DNA of 64,000 bases from an uncultured cyanobacterium (GTDB lineage Bacteria > Cyanobacteriota > Cyanobacteriia > Cyanobacteriales > Cyanobacteriaceae): contig CAVVOP010000005.1 of assembly GCA_963749915.1 (NCBI GenBank), positions 426,182 through 490,181 on the forward strand. The letters run 5' to 3'. The notes under the pieces were generated by a model. The model saw nothing but the letters and a program-made list of their open reading frames with translations, was not told the DNA's origin and made no database searches. Positions 1 to 8,747 of the stretch are shown in pieces. The position numbers and the translations under genes are program-made. Numbering within the stretch: position 1 is the first letter of the stretch; each line of letters opens with the position of its first letter.

Positions 1-281
1 GCTTTAGCCAATCCACGATCAATCACTGTTGTCGGAGAAGAAGTTAGTATTGGTGCAGGAATGAATTGATTGGTAGCATACAGTCTTTCTACATAAGTGC
101 GACTGAGAAAGCTATTATCGAAATCCTGGATGCTTAGAGGAATATTTTTCGTCTCTAAACGGATCGCATAACCGTAGATAAGCAACATTCCTAAAGGCAA
201 AATTAGGGCCAAAGCTACCGTTAAGCGATCGCGCCTGAATTGATTTAGTTCTTTAAGACATTGAGTTAAAATTCTGTTCAT
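1..281 (-). CDS. ABC-2 type transporter permease, N-terminal part (runs off the left edge)
   Basis: Manual translation from ATG at 281: MNRILTQCLKELNQFRRDRLTVALALILPLGMLLIYGYAIRLETKNIPLSIQDFDNS..., typical of ABC-2 permease N-termini. Not in the ORF track. Confidence 0.8.
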   Translation of the reverse strand, partial: MNRILTQCLKELNQFRRDRLTVALALILPLGMLLIYGYAIRLETKNIPLSIQDFDNSFLSRTYVERLYATNQFIPAPILTSSPTTVIDRGLAK

Positions 282-370
282 GATTTCTAGCGGCGGTATA
301 ATAATTGTTAAAAACCTACACCTGTGAGCATAGAAAAAATCAGAATGCTACTTTTCTATCATACTCTCAT

Positions 371-418
371 CCCACAGATTTTTGTTCCACGACCCCCACA
401 GTTATTTGATGCACGACC
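371..418. repeat. Tandem 24-bp imperfect direct repeat (2 copies)
   Basis: cccacagatttttgttccacgacc (371-394) and cccacagttatttgatgcacgacc (395-418) are 20/24 identical. Confidence 0.75.
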
Positions 419-532
419 ATTCATTCCTACGACTCAAAACTAGCATTAAAACTTAAAGATATGTTAAATTTTATTTAGCAAGTAGTAAATTCACAATGAT
501 GGTTGTGGATGTCCTGCATTGCTACAACGTCA

Positions 533-541
533 TGATATAAT
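533..541 (+). promoter_or_regulatory. Candidate extended -10 promoter of petB
   Basis: TGaTATAAT about 175 nt upstream of the petB ATG. Confidence 0.45.
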
Positions 542-716
542 ACCATTGACTGACTGTAACCATAAGTCTTCAACAAAACTGAGATTTATAGTTATTAAAC
601 GGTAAGACTAACCGTAATAGCTGAAAAGCAAAAATCTCTTACTAATGGTGAGAGAATGTCTCCAAATATTGATTTTAAAAATCACAGTACATAATAATTC
701 CTGAGTTCACGGCTTA

Positions 717-1385
717 ATGTTTACTAGACAAGTAACTGATTCTCCTGTTTATAAATGGTTCAACGATCGCCTAGAAGTAGACGCGATCTCCGATGATATT
801 AGTAGCAAATATGTTCCTCCCCACGTCAATATTTTTTATTGCTTAGGCGGAATTACCCTAACTTGCTTCTTGATTCAGTTTGCCACCGGGTTTGCAATGA
901 CTTTTTCTTACAAACCCACCGTTGCCGAAGCTTTTTCTTCCGTTCAATACATCATGAATGAAGTTAGCTTCGGCTGGTTAATTCGTTCTATCCATCGCTG
1001 GTCAGCCAGTATGATGGTCTTAATGTTAATTCTCCATGTGTTCCGTGTCTATTTAACTGGTGGTTTCAAAAAACCCCGTGAGTTGACTTGGATCGTGGGG
1101 GTAACTATGGCAGTAATTACCGTTTCCTTCGGTGTAACTGGTTACTCCTTGCCTTGGGATCAAGTAGGTTATTGGGCGGTTAAAATCGTTTCCGGCGTCC
1201 CTGCGGCTATTCCCGTAGTAGGGGATCAAATGGTAGAACTTTTAAGAGGTGGTGCCAGTGTCGGTCAGGCGACCTTAACTCGTTTCTACACCATCCACAC
1301 CTTTGTTTTACCTTGGTTAATGGCAGTATTCATGTTATTACACTTCCTCTTAATCCGTAAACAGGGTATTTCCGGTCCTTTGTAA
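717..1385 (+). CDS. petB: Cytochrome b6
   Basis: [35 protein letters not shown] and C-terminal KQGISGPL; 222 aa. Confidence 0.99.
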   Translation: MFTRQVTDSPVYKWFNDRLEVDAISDDISSKYVPPHVNIFYCLGGITLTCFLIQFATGFAMTFSYKPTVAEAFSSVQYIMNEVSFGWLIRSIHRWSASMMVLMLILHVFRVYLTGGFKKPRELTWIVGVTMAVITVSFGVTGYSLPWDQVGYWAVKIVSGVPAAIPVVGDQMVELLRGGASVGQATLTRFYTIHTFVLPWLMAVFMLLHFLLIRKQGISGPL

Positions 1386-1446
1386 ATTGTCACATAATCC
1401 ATGGGTGATAAGTAAAAACTTATCGTCTTTTACATTTAACCTCTAT

Positions 1447-1651
1447 TGTGTTACAAAACATGACAGAGATATAAATGCGGCAATTAATATAAGAGATGAA
1501 GGAATACGAATATTAAAGACCTCTGGAACGGGGGATAAAGCCTGTCGCCTAACCGTAAGTCGTAGTAATAGAGGACGCAAGAAATCTACTACGACGCCAG
1601 TTACTGGGCAGGAAGCCTACACTTTACCGCCAGGTCAGTGTGGGTAGTTCA
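1447..1651 (+). mobile_element. IS200/IS605-family remnant: tnpB C-terminal fragment, omegaRNA scaffold and right end
   Basis: Encodes C..KHDRDINAAINIRDEG (last Zn-finger Cys plus RuvC-III motif of TnpB). Followed by hairpin cgtagta..tactacg (1561-1593), subterminal hairpin cctacact..agtgtggg (1616-1644) and terminal TTCA (1648-1651). Confidence 0.85.
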
Positions 1652-1753
1652 TTTAACAAATTTACAAGTACGGAAAAAAATCAGGATAGAATAGGGTAAT
1701 ATTCTTTGCCTTTTTGTTCCATTCTTCCCTCATTTAGGAGATAATTACAAAAG

Positions 1754-2251
1754 ATGTCCAACCCTAACTCTCAGTTAATGAAAAAACCGGATCTCAGCGA
1801 TCCAAAATTAAGAGCAAAATTAGCTCAAAACATGGGTCATCACTACTATGGTGAACTTGCGTGGCCTAACGATATTCTCTATATGTTCCCTGTTTGTATT
1901 TTGGGTATATTAGGTTTAGTCGTCGGTTTAGCAATTCTCGATCCAGCGATGATAGGAGAACCGGCTGATCCGTTTGCTACACCTTTGGAAATCCTACCTG
2001 AGTGGTATTTATACCCAGTATTCCAAATTTTACGGGTTTTACCTAACAAACTTTTAGGTATTGCTTGTCAAGGTGCCATTCCTTTAGGTTTAATGTTAGT
2101 GCCTTTCATCGAAAGTGTTAACAAGTTCCAAAATCCTTTCCGTCGCCCCATTGCGATGACTGTGTTTTTATTTGGTACTTTAGTCACTCTTTGGTTAGGT
2201 GCAGGATCTGTATTCCCCATTGATAAGTCTTTAACTTTGGGTTTATTCTAA
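1754..2251 (+). CDS. petD: Cytochrome b6f subunit IV
   Basis: [25 protein letters not shown] and [10 protein letters not shown] motifs; AGGAG upstream. Confidence 0.99.
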   Translation: MSNPNSQLMKKPDLSDPKLRAKLAQNMGHHYYGELAWPNDILYMFPVCILGILGLVVGLAILDPAMIGEPADPFATPLEILPEWYLYPVFQILRVLPNKLLGIACQGAIPLGLMLVPFIESVNKFQNPFRRPIAMTVFLFGTLVTLWLGAGSVFPIDKSLTLGLF

Positions 2252-2288
2252 TTTTTGATTTACAAGTCAAAATTTACAAGATTAATTG

Positions 2289-2341
2289 TCTGTGATGGCT
2301 TTTAGACTCTTCTCGTGATGAGTTTGAAGGCGATCGCAGAC
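2289..2341. terminator. Hairpin between convergent petD and amidohydrolase, candidate terminator
   Basis: tctgtgatggc...gcgatcgcaga imperfect inverted repeat with inner agactc/gagttt stem. Confidence 0.4.
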
Positions 2342-2353
2342 CTTATTTATTCC

Positions 2354-3571
2354 CTAAACAAAACCGGTAAATTTTTCGACGCAACGGGCAAAGATTTCCA
2401 CCCCTAAACTTAAAGCAGTCTCATCAAAGTCAAAACGAGGATGATGATGAGGATAGTTGAAACCTTTTTGAGCATTGGCTGACCCTAAAAAGAAATAACA
2501 GCCAGGAACTTCTTGTAAGAAAAATGACATATCTTCCCCTCCCATAGTTTGACATTCTGGTACAACTTCTATGGGGGTTTCTACCACTTCTAAGGCTACA
2601 GATTTGACTAATTGAGTGATTCTCGGATGGTTGATAACGGCAGGGTAAAGTCGCCAATAATCCAGGTGATATTTTGCACCATGGCTTTGACAAATTCCAG
2701 CGATAATACCTTCTATTCTCTCACCGATATATTTTTCCAAAGTAGGATTAAAGTAACGGACTGTGCCGCTCATTTTGGCTGTATCGGCGATGACGTTTAA
2801 AGCTGTGCCACTATGAAATGTTCCCACTGTAACTACTGCGGAATCGAGAGGAGAAATGTTACGAGAAACGATAGTCTGTAAAGCGTTGACTATTTGCATC
2901 CCTACCATAATAGAATCAATGGTTTGGTGAGGCATTGCTCCATGACCGCCTTTACCGAATATTTCACATTGAAAACATTCTACCGCCGCCATTAATGCAC
3001 CTTCTCTGACTCCTATGGTGCCTAACGGTAAATTATTCCACAAATGTAGGCCGATAATAGCGTCAATATCGGGATTTTTTAACACCCCTTCTTCTATCAT
3101 CGGTTTTGCACCGCCGGGTCCTTCTTCGGCTGGTTGGAATATAATTTTTACCGTACCTTGAAATTGATCTCGGTGATGTGCTAGGTAATAAGCTATGCCC
3201 AAAGCGATGGCCGTGTGTCCATCATGTCCACAGGCATGCATTAATCCATCATGTTTTGAACAGTAAGACACTTGATTTTCTTCTTGAATGGGTAAAGCAT
3301 CCATATCCGCACGAATGGCTAACACTTTTCCGTAGTGGTTACTTTGGATGGTCGCCACAATGCCAGTTTTTGCCACTTGAGTTTCATATTCGATACCCCA
3401 ATCGCTCAATTTTTCGGCAATAAAATCGGCGGTTAACACTTCAAAGAAGCCTAATTCTGGATACTGGTGTATTCTGCGTCGCCAATGGACTAATTGAGGT
3501 TGTAATTGGGCGATGGCAGGGCGAATTTCAGAGAATTTAAAGGAGTAGTCTAAGGTGCTGCTAGTAAACAT
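2354..3571 (-). CDS. M20 family amidohydrolase (N-acyl-L-amino acid amidohydrolase-like)
   Basis: RADMDALP, MHACGHDGH, FQPAEE, GGEDMS and HHPRFD motifs. Confidence 0.93.
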   Translation of the reverse strand: MFTSSTLDYSFKFSEIRPAIAQLQPQLVHWRRRIHQYPELGFFEVLTADFIAEKLSDWGIEYETQVAKTGIVATIQSNHYGKVLAIRADMDALPIQEENQVSYCSKHDGLMHACGHDGHTAIALGIAYYLAHHRDQFQGTVKIIFQPAEEGPGGAKPMIEEGVLKNPDIDAIIGLHLWNNLPLGTIGVREGALMAAVECFQCEIFGKGGHGAMPHQTIDSIMVGMQIVNALQTIVSRNISPLDSAVVTVGTFHSGTALNVIADTAKMSGTVRYFNPTLEKYIGERIEGIIAGICQSHGAKYHLDYWRLYPAVINHPRITQLVKSVALEVVETPIEVVPECQTMGGEDMSFFLQEVPGCYFFLGSANAQKGFNYPHHHPRFDFDETALSLGVEIFARCVEKFTGFV

Positions 3572-3594
3572 AATAACAATGAACAGTGTACAAT

Positions 3595-4305
3595 TTAATT
3601 AATAGTGCCATCAGGCATAATTGCACCGTGCAAGTCTGCATCTTTTAAGATTGTACCTGTAAGATCAGCACCTTGTAGATTTGCCTTAACTAATATTGCC
3701 CCCGTCAAATCAGCATAGCTTAAATCTGCCCCTTGGAAACTTGCTTGTGTCAAGTCTGTAACAAGGTTGTTATATCTGTTCCCCATGCCCAAATTTGCCC
3801 GACAGAGTCTTGCACCATCTAAGTTAGCCTCGTATAATAAGGCCTGACAAAGATTAGCGTAACTTAAATCAGCATGGCTTAAATTTGCTCGGGTAAGGTT
3901 AGTAGGTTGATCGGAGTTAGGACGAAAATCGGCATCGATAATGACACTATAAGACAAGTTAGCATGGGTTAAATTAGCACCGCAGAAAATGGCTTTAATT
4001 AAATTTGCCTTTTCTAAGTTTGTTTTTATCAGTTTAGCACTACTTAAATCTGCATCTCGTAACAAAATTTTAGACAAAATAGCTTCACTTAAATCTGTAC
4101 CCCATAAAATAGCCTCACTCAAATCCGCTTCAGTAAAATTAGCGTTGCGAAAATTTGTACGCCCTAATCTGGCTTGTCGTAAGTCACTGCGGGAAAAATT
4201 AGCAGATGACAGATTTTCTTTGAGAATTTCTGCTTCTGTGAGTTTCACTTGTTTAAAGTTTCTTTCCCCTTGATTATATGCCGCCAGTATTTGTTCTATT
4301 TTCAT
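3595..4305 (-). CDS. Pentapeptide repeat protein
   Basis: N-terminal YNQGERNF followed by A(D/N)L(S/T)x repeats throughout. Confidence 0.93.
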   Translation of the reverse strand: MKIEQILAAYNQGERNFKQVKLTEAEILKENLSSANFSRSDLRQARLGRTNFRNANFTEADLSEAILWGTDLSEAILSKILLRDADLSSAKLIKTNLEKANLIKAIFCGANLTHANLSYSVIIDADFRPNSDQPTNLTRANLSHADLSYANLCQALLYEANLDGARLCRANLGMGNRYNNLVTDLTQASFQGADLSYADLTGAILVKANLQGADLTGTILKDADLHGAIMPDGTIN

Positions 4306-4433
4306 ATTGATTTAAGTTAAAATCGCGATCAACTATTTTTTGATAATCTACTTATCTTCACTTAATAATTGACATTTTTTTGTTTTTTTTGACCACAGGA
4401 TAAATCTTTTCTAGGCGATCGCACTTACTATTG

Positions 4434-5219
4434 TTATAGCGTTGTTTCGGATTTGAGCATTCTACCATAACACAGCCATCCCAAAAATATCATAGCGATC
4501 GCAAAAATAACTAAAAAGAAAAAATGACCTTGAATATCAGCAAAGGATTTACCTTTACCCCACACCTCAATTAAAGCCTCATTCATGTGAAAAATAGGAT
4601 TAAATTGAGCAATTTGCAGGAGTTTTTCAGGGAATAAAGAACTAGGAAAAAAAGTGCCACCAATAATTAATAACGGTACGCCAAAAGTAGCCACAATCGC
4701 ATTAACATCTTCTGTTCTTTTTGCTAATTGAGTGCCGAAAATAAAACCTAAACCGACATAGCTAATGATACTTAAAAGAATAATCATTAAACCTAAAATA
4801 ATTGATCCTGAAATAGATTTCCCAGTGAACAAAAGTAAGCTATAAACTAACCCATAAACTAAGATAGTTTGTAAAATGCCGATAAAACAATGGGCGAAAA
4901 AAATACCTAAAAAATAAGAAACCCCATGAAGGGGAGAAACAAATAAACGTTTGAGAGTTTTTTGTTCCCTTTCTGCTACGATAGTGGCAACAGTACCCCC
5001 TAAACAACTAAAAAATAAAGCCGCCCCCACAAGACTAGAAGGGGCAGATATTTTCATCGCTAAAATGCTAGTTATTTTTGCCCGTTCTGCGATAATATAA
5101 CTATTGATTAACAAGATAAAAATAGGAAAAATCATCCAAAAAATTAGACTTCTTTTCCTAGTAATTAATTCTTGCAGAATTCTTTGAGTGACAGCTAAAA
5201 TTTGATGCCAATATTGCAT
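4434..5219 (-). CDS. ABC-2 type transporter permease
   Basis: About six hydrophobic segments; IVAEREQKTLKRL and GGTFFP..LP motifs. Confidence 0.9.
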   Translation of the reverse strand: MQYWHQILAVTQRILQELITRKRSLIFWMIFPIFILLINSYIIAERAKITSILAMKISAPSSLVGAALFFSCLGGTVATIVAEREQKTLKRLFVSPLHGVSYFLGIFFAHCFIGILQTILVYGLVYSLLLFTGKSISGSIILGLMIILLSIISYVGLGFIFGTQLAKRTEDVNAIVATFGVPLLIIGGTFFPSSLFPEKLLQIAQFNPIFHMNEALIEVWGKGKSFADIQGHFFFLVIFAIAMIFLGWLCYGRMLKSETTL

Positions 5220-5248
5220 TATTTGTTAACAAAAAAGTATTTATCACT

Positions 5249-5277
5249 TATTACTTATTACTTATTACTTATTACTT
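5249..5277. repeat. Heptamer tandem repeat (TTATTAC)n
   Basis: ttattacttattacttattacttattac in the intergenic region. Confidence 0.8.
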
Positions 5278-5305
5278 TTCCCTCCCTCCCAACTCTGAAA
5301 TTTTG

Positions 5306-6643
5306 TTAAGATTCGTTCATATTTTTATAAGTGGCTACGGCGGAAGGAGAAATACGGTTGAGGTAACGGAAAATCCAATACTTTAAGACCGTATCTAAAA
5401 TAACGGGAAAAGTGGCGATAAATAAGAAGTTAAAATCTCGATTTTCTGGTAAGCCAAAATGGCGGGTAATGCCTTCTAAGAGAATTTCCCAACCATGAGG
5501 GGAGTGGTAACCCACAAAGATATCAGTAAAAAGAATGATTAAAAAAGCCTTAGCAGAATCACTTAAACCATAAACTGTTTCGTCAATAAAAGACTTTAAA
5601 ATTTCTAACTCTCGTTTACTATAAATAAGTATTAATCCAAAGGCAGTAAAAGAGAAAATATCGGCAAAAATATTTTTAATAGCATTAGAACCCCTATTAC
5701 GATATTCATTGGCTAATTCTTCCGCTTTTACCTTTATTTTTTCTTCTTTTTCCTCTTGAGATAGAGGGGGTATTAAACCGATCATCCGTTTAAGACTAAG
5801 ATTTTCTTCAAAGGTTTTTAATTCTGTCAACGCTTCTTCTTGTAAGTCTTGATTAATGAATACTATTTGTTCATGTTGGGCAAAATAAGGATCGATAAAT
5901 ACTTTTCCTAACGCAATTTTAGCGAGATTATGAACTAATAAAGGCACAATAATTAACAGCAATAAAAATTTAACAGATATAGCCGTTTTATATCTTGATT
6001 TTCTAAATTTATTAATGACATTTTTTTCTGTTTGTACTACTTCAGGATCGATTTCCTGTTTAATTCTGTCCAAAGTTCGTAAAAAAGAGCGGGGCAAAAC
6101 ACTAGTTTTATCAGAGATTGTTTCGGTATTAGGTTCAAGATTATTGCTGGAATTATTTGTTTTTGCCATTGATGGCGATTTAACAGAATTACCATTATTA
6201 GGAGCTGATTTTTCTCCATTATTGGCAATATTTTGTTTTTTCACTTCAATTAATTTTACTGACGTTTCATAATTATTATTATATTTATTAATAACTTGAT
6301 CAATAAAGTTTAATCTTTCTACTACTAAATCTTGCCTATAAGTATTTTCTGTTTGATTATATCCTTGTTTACGGTTATTTTCTAAAAAATTATGTACTGA
6401 TTTACTGGTTTTAAATTGACTAATTTTCAGATCAATAATTCGTAAATTAGAACGTAATTCTCCATCAAAATAGGCAAAAACTTTATCCCCATAATTACAA
6501 TTTTGTAGATCAATTTTTTGACCTCCAAAATGTTCTTCCTCAATTTTTTTTATAGCTAATGCTCTTTGATATGCTTCTTCTAAAGCATTTTGAGAACTAT
6601 TACCAATCCAGCGTTTAGTAGAACGGAAGATATGATTAAACAT
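5306..6643 (-). CDS. pxcA: Proton extrusion protein PxcA (CotA/CemA family)
   Basis: C-terminal CemA domain: LSDSAKAFLIILFTDIFVGYHSPHGWE, ATFPVILDTVLKYWIFRYLNRISPS. Confidence 0.96.
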   Translation of the reverse strand: MFNHIFRSTKRWIGNSSQNALEEAYQRALAIKKIEEEHFGGQKIDLQNCNYGDKVFAYFDGELRSNLRIIDLKISQFKTSKSVHNFLENNRKQGYNQTENTYRQDLVVERLNFIDQVINKYNNNYETSVKLIEVKKQNIANNGEKSAPNNGNSVKSPSMAKTNNSSNNLEPNTETISDKTSVLPRSFLRTLDRIKQEIDPEVVQTEKNVINKFRKSRYKTAISVKFLLLLIIVPLLVHNLAKIALGKVFIDPYFAQHEQIVFINQDLQEEALTELKTFEENLSLKRMIGLIPPLSQEEKEEKIKVKAEELANEYRNRGSNAIKNIFADIFSFTAFGLILIYSKRELEILKSFIDETVYGLSDSAKAFLIILFTDIFVGYHSPHGWEILLEGITRHFGLPENRDFNFLFIATFPVILDTVLKYWIFRYLNRISPSAVATYKNMNES

Positions 6644-6767
6644 GGAATGCCAAGTAAAATAACATGATTAAACCAACATTTTATCTCAATAATCTGACAA
6701 TAATGAGTAATTAACCGTTTATTGCCTTAAATTGATTTAAATTTCAGTTTTTGAAGATGTGTAATAA

Positions 6768-7022
6768 TTATAGCTTTGCCCTTAGACAAAACTGATAGTC
6801 TCCTCCTACTTCTAATTGATAATCATATCTTTCCAAAAAACGACATAAAGGCTCTTGAATTAAACTACGACCCAAACCTGGTTTAACAGATAACTTTCCT
6901 TGACGAAAATGCCACAAAAAAAACCATTGATAATCCCCAGCATTGACTTTTCCTTCTATGTGTCCTTTTTGCCAACACTGGTTCGTAATTGTTACTTCTG
7001 CAAGAGTTTGTGGTAATGACAT
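6768..7022 (-). CDS. Conserved cyanobacterial protein (DUF3146-like)
   Basis: W.F.WHFRQGKL.V.P.LGR.LI.EPL.RFLE.DYQLE.GGDY pattern. Confidence 0.8.
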   Translation of the reverse strand: MSLPQTLAEVTITNQCWQKGHIEGKVNAGDYQWFFLWHFRQGKLSVKPGLGRSLIQEPLCRFLERYDYQLEVGGDYQFCLRAKL

Positions 7023-7038
7023 GACTAGAAGAGTTTAT

Positions 7039-7818
7039 TTACGGAAGAAGTAATTTAAACAACAAAGGAGCAACAGAATTGACTATTTGTATAAATGCAG
7101 GACTTCCTTGATTTCCGTCCTTGGCTTCCGCATCAGTACGTGCTTTCACTAACTGTAGAAAACGGTTGGATAATACATAACCATCGGGATTATTTTGTGT
7201 TTTAAATAATTCTTCGGCTTTTTCTCCGTCTTTGATAGCGGTGTTAGTCTGTCCATAACGAGACTTAATAATTGCTCTGCCTAAGTAGGCTTGAGCGAAA
7301 TCAGGATTCATTTCGATGGCTTGAGAATAATATTTAGCCGCCATCTGATAATTTCCTTCTTTGTCTTCGGAAACAGCCCATAAGTAAAATTGTTCTGCAT
7401 TGCCCGCAGTGGCAGGAATACCCATAACTCCCTCTATGTGAGCGGTGGAAATGTCCGTATTATTTAGGATAATTCCTTGAACATAAGCATTTCTGAAATC
7501 ACTACTATTCAATATCGCCCCGGTAAGATTTGCCCCGGTAAGATTCGCCCCATGAAAAGATGCCCCACTCAAATTGGCATTACTTAAATCCGCCCCCGTC
7601 AAATTAGCACGACTTAAATTTGCACCCACGAGATTCGCCCCCCGTAAATTCGCCCCAGTTAAATTAGTCATAACTAAACCAGCTTGAGATAAATCACAAT
7701 TTTCGCACTGTTTTGTATTTAATAATTGAGTTAACTGAGCTACATTTTCGGCACTGACGGGGAGAGGAAGAAGAACACTTGTCAATAAAGTTGAAAACAG
7801 AATAGTTAGTTTGGTCAT
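7039..7818 (-). CDS. Exported pentapeptide-repeat + TPR protein
   Basis: Signal peptide, LL.TKQCENCDLS, pentapeptide repeats and a TPR (YSQAIEMNPDFAQAYLGRA). ATG at 7818 preferred over the track start. Confidence 0.88.
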   Translation of the reverse strand: MTKLTILFSTLLTSVLLPLPVSAENVAQLTQLLNTKQCENCDLSQAGLVMTNLTGANLRGANLVGANLSRANLTGADLSNANLSGASFHGANLTGANLTGAILNSSDFRNAYVQGIILNNTDISTAHIEGVMGIPATAGNAEQFYLWAVSEDKEGNYQMAAKYYSQAIEMNPDFAQAYLGRAIIKSRYGQTNTAIKDGEKAEELFKTQNNPDGYVLSNRFLQLVKARTDAEAKDGNQGSPAFIQIVNSVAPLLFKLLLP

Positions 7819-8063
7819 AAAAATTTTTCGGCAAAATAATGGCAAAACAATTTGATCTATTGTACAAAATTATTTCTTATTAGTGATAAGTTTCTTTTAA
7901 AAAATAATTATACATTAGACCTAGACTTTATTTGCTCATACTTTTGTTCTATATTTTTGATAAAAATTGATATTTATTAAAATTAATTAATATTTGAATT
8001 TAACGAGACTTTAAGTTAGAATGATATCGTCATAACCATATAGTCTTCTGTTAAGTTTACATT

Positions 8064-8726
8064 ATGTCCCTACAAATTCTCGTAACCGACGATGATCTTA
8101 CCATTAGACGATTAATCAAAGACTGTTTGGAATTACATGGTTACTCCGTAATTCTAGCCTCTGATGGTCAACAAGCACTCTCTTTAGCCCATAGATATCA
8201 TCCTCATCTTTTAATTTCTGACATTAAAATGCCCCATAAAGACGGTTATAGTTTAGTGAAGGAATTGCGACAAAATCCCCATTTCCGTTTATTGCCCGTT
8301 GTTTTTTTAACCAATAAACATTCCACTGAGGATAAAATCAGTGGTTATCAAGCAGGATGTGATATCTATTTAGCTAAACCTTTTCAACCCGAAGAACTAT
8401 CTGCTATCGTACGTCATTTATTAGAGCGATCGCAAATTATTCAGTCGGAATTATTATTTACAGAAATTGGGAACATTCATCCTCAGAAAGATCTTTCTTT
8501 AATCAGTAATGATTACGATATATCAAGGAATAATATTCATTTTACCAATCGAGAGGAAGAAGTTTTACATCTATTAATCAAAGGTTTATCGAATTTAAAA
8601 ATAGCAGAAGAATTATATTTAAGTCCTAAAACTGTAGAAAAATACGTAGCTAGTTTATTGAAAAAAACTAATTCCGCTAATCGCACGGAGCTGGTAAGTT
8701 TTGTTTTAATTAATAAAATAGTATAA
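8064..8726 (+). CDS. NarL/LuxR-family response regulator
   Basis: Receiver domain (VTDDD, ISDIKMP, LAKPF) plus LuxR HTH (FTNREEEVL..GLSN..IA..LYLSPKTV). Confidence 0.93.
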   Translation: MSLQILVTDDDLTIRRLIKDCLELHGYSVILASDGQQALSLAHRYHPHLLISDIKMPHKDGYSLVKELRQNPHFRLLPVVFLTNKHSTEDKISGYQAGCDIYLAKPFQPEELSAIVRHLLERSQIIQSELLFTEIGNIHPQKDLSLISNDYDISRNNIHFTNREEEVLHLLIKGLSNLKIAEELYLSPKTVEKYVASLLKKTNSANRTELVSFVLINKIV

Positions 8727-8747
8727 TATGGAAAATTTTTAGATTTA

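Noticed and set aside
1387..1647. 86-aa track ORF as a functional gene
   Set aside because: TTG start, no SD, and an unrelated N-terminal part. It is the reading-frame residue of a truncated tnpB.
2258..2281. atttacaag matches to the putative guide of the orphan omegaRNA
   Set aside because: Short AT-rich match that does not include the guide's 5' seed; expected by chance.
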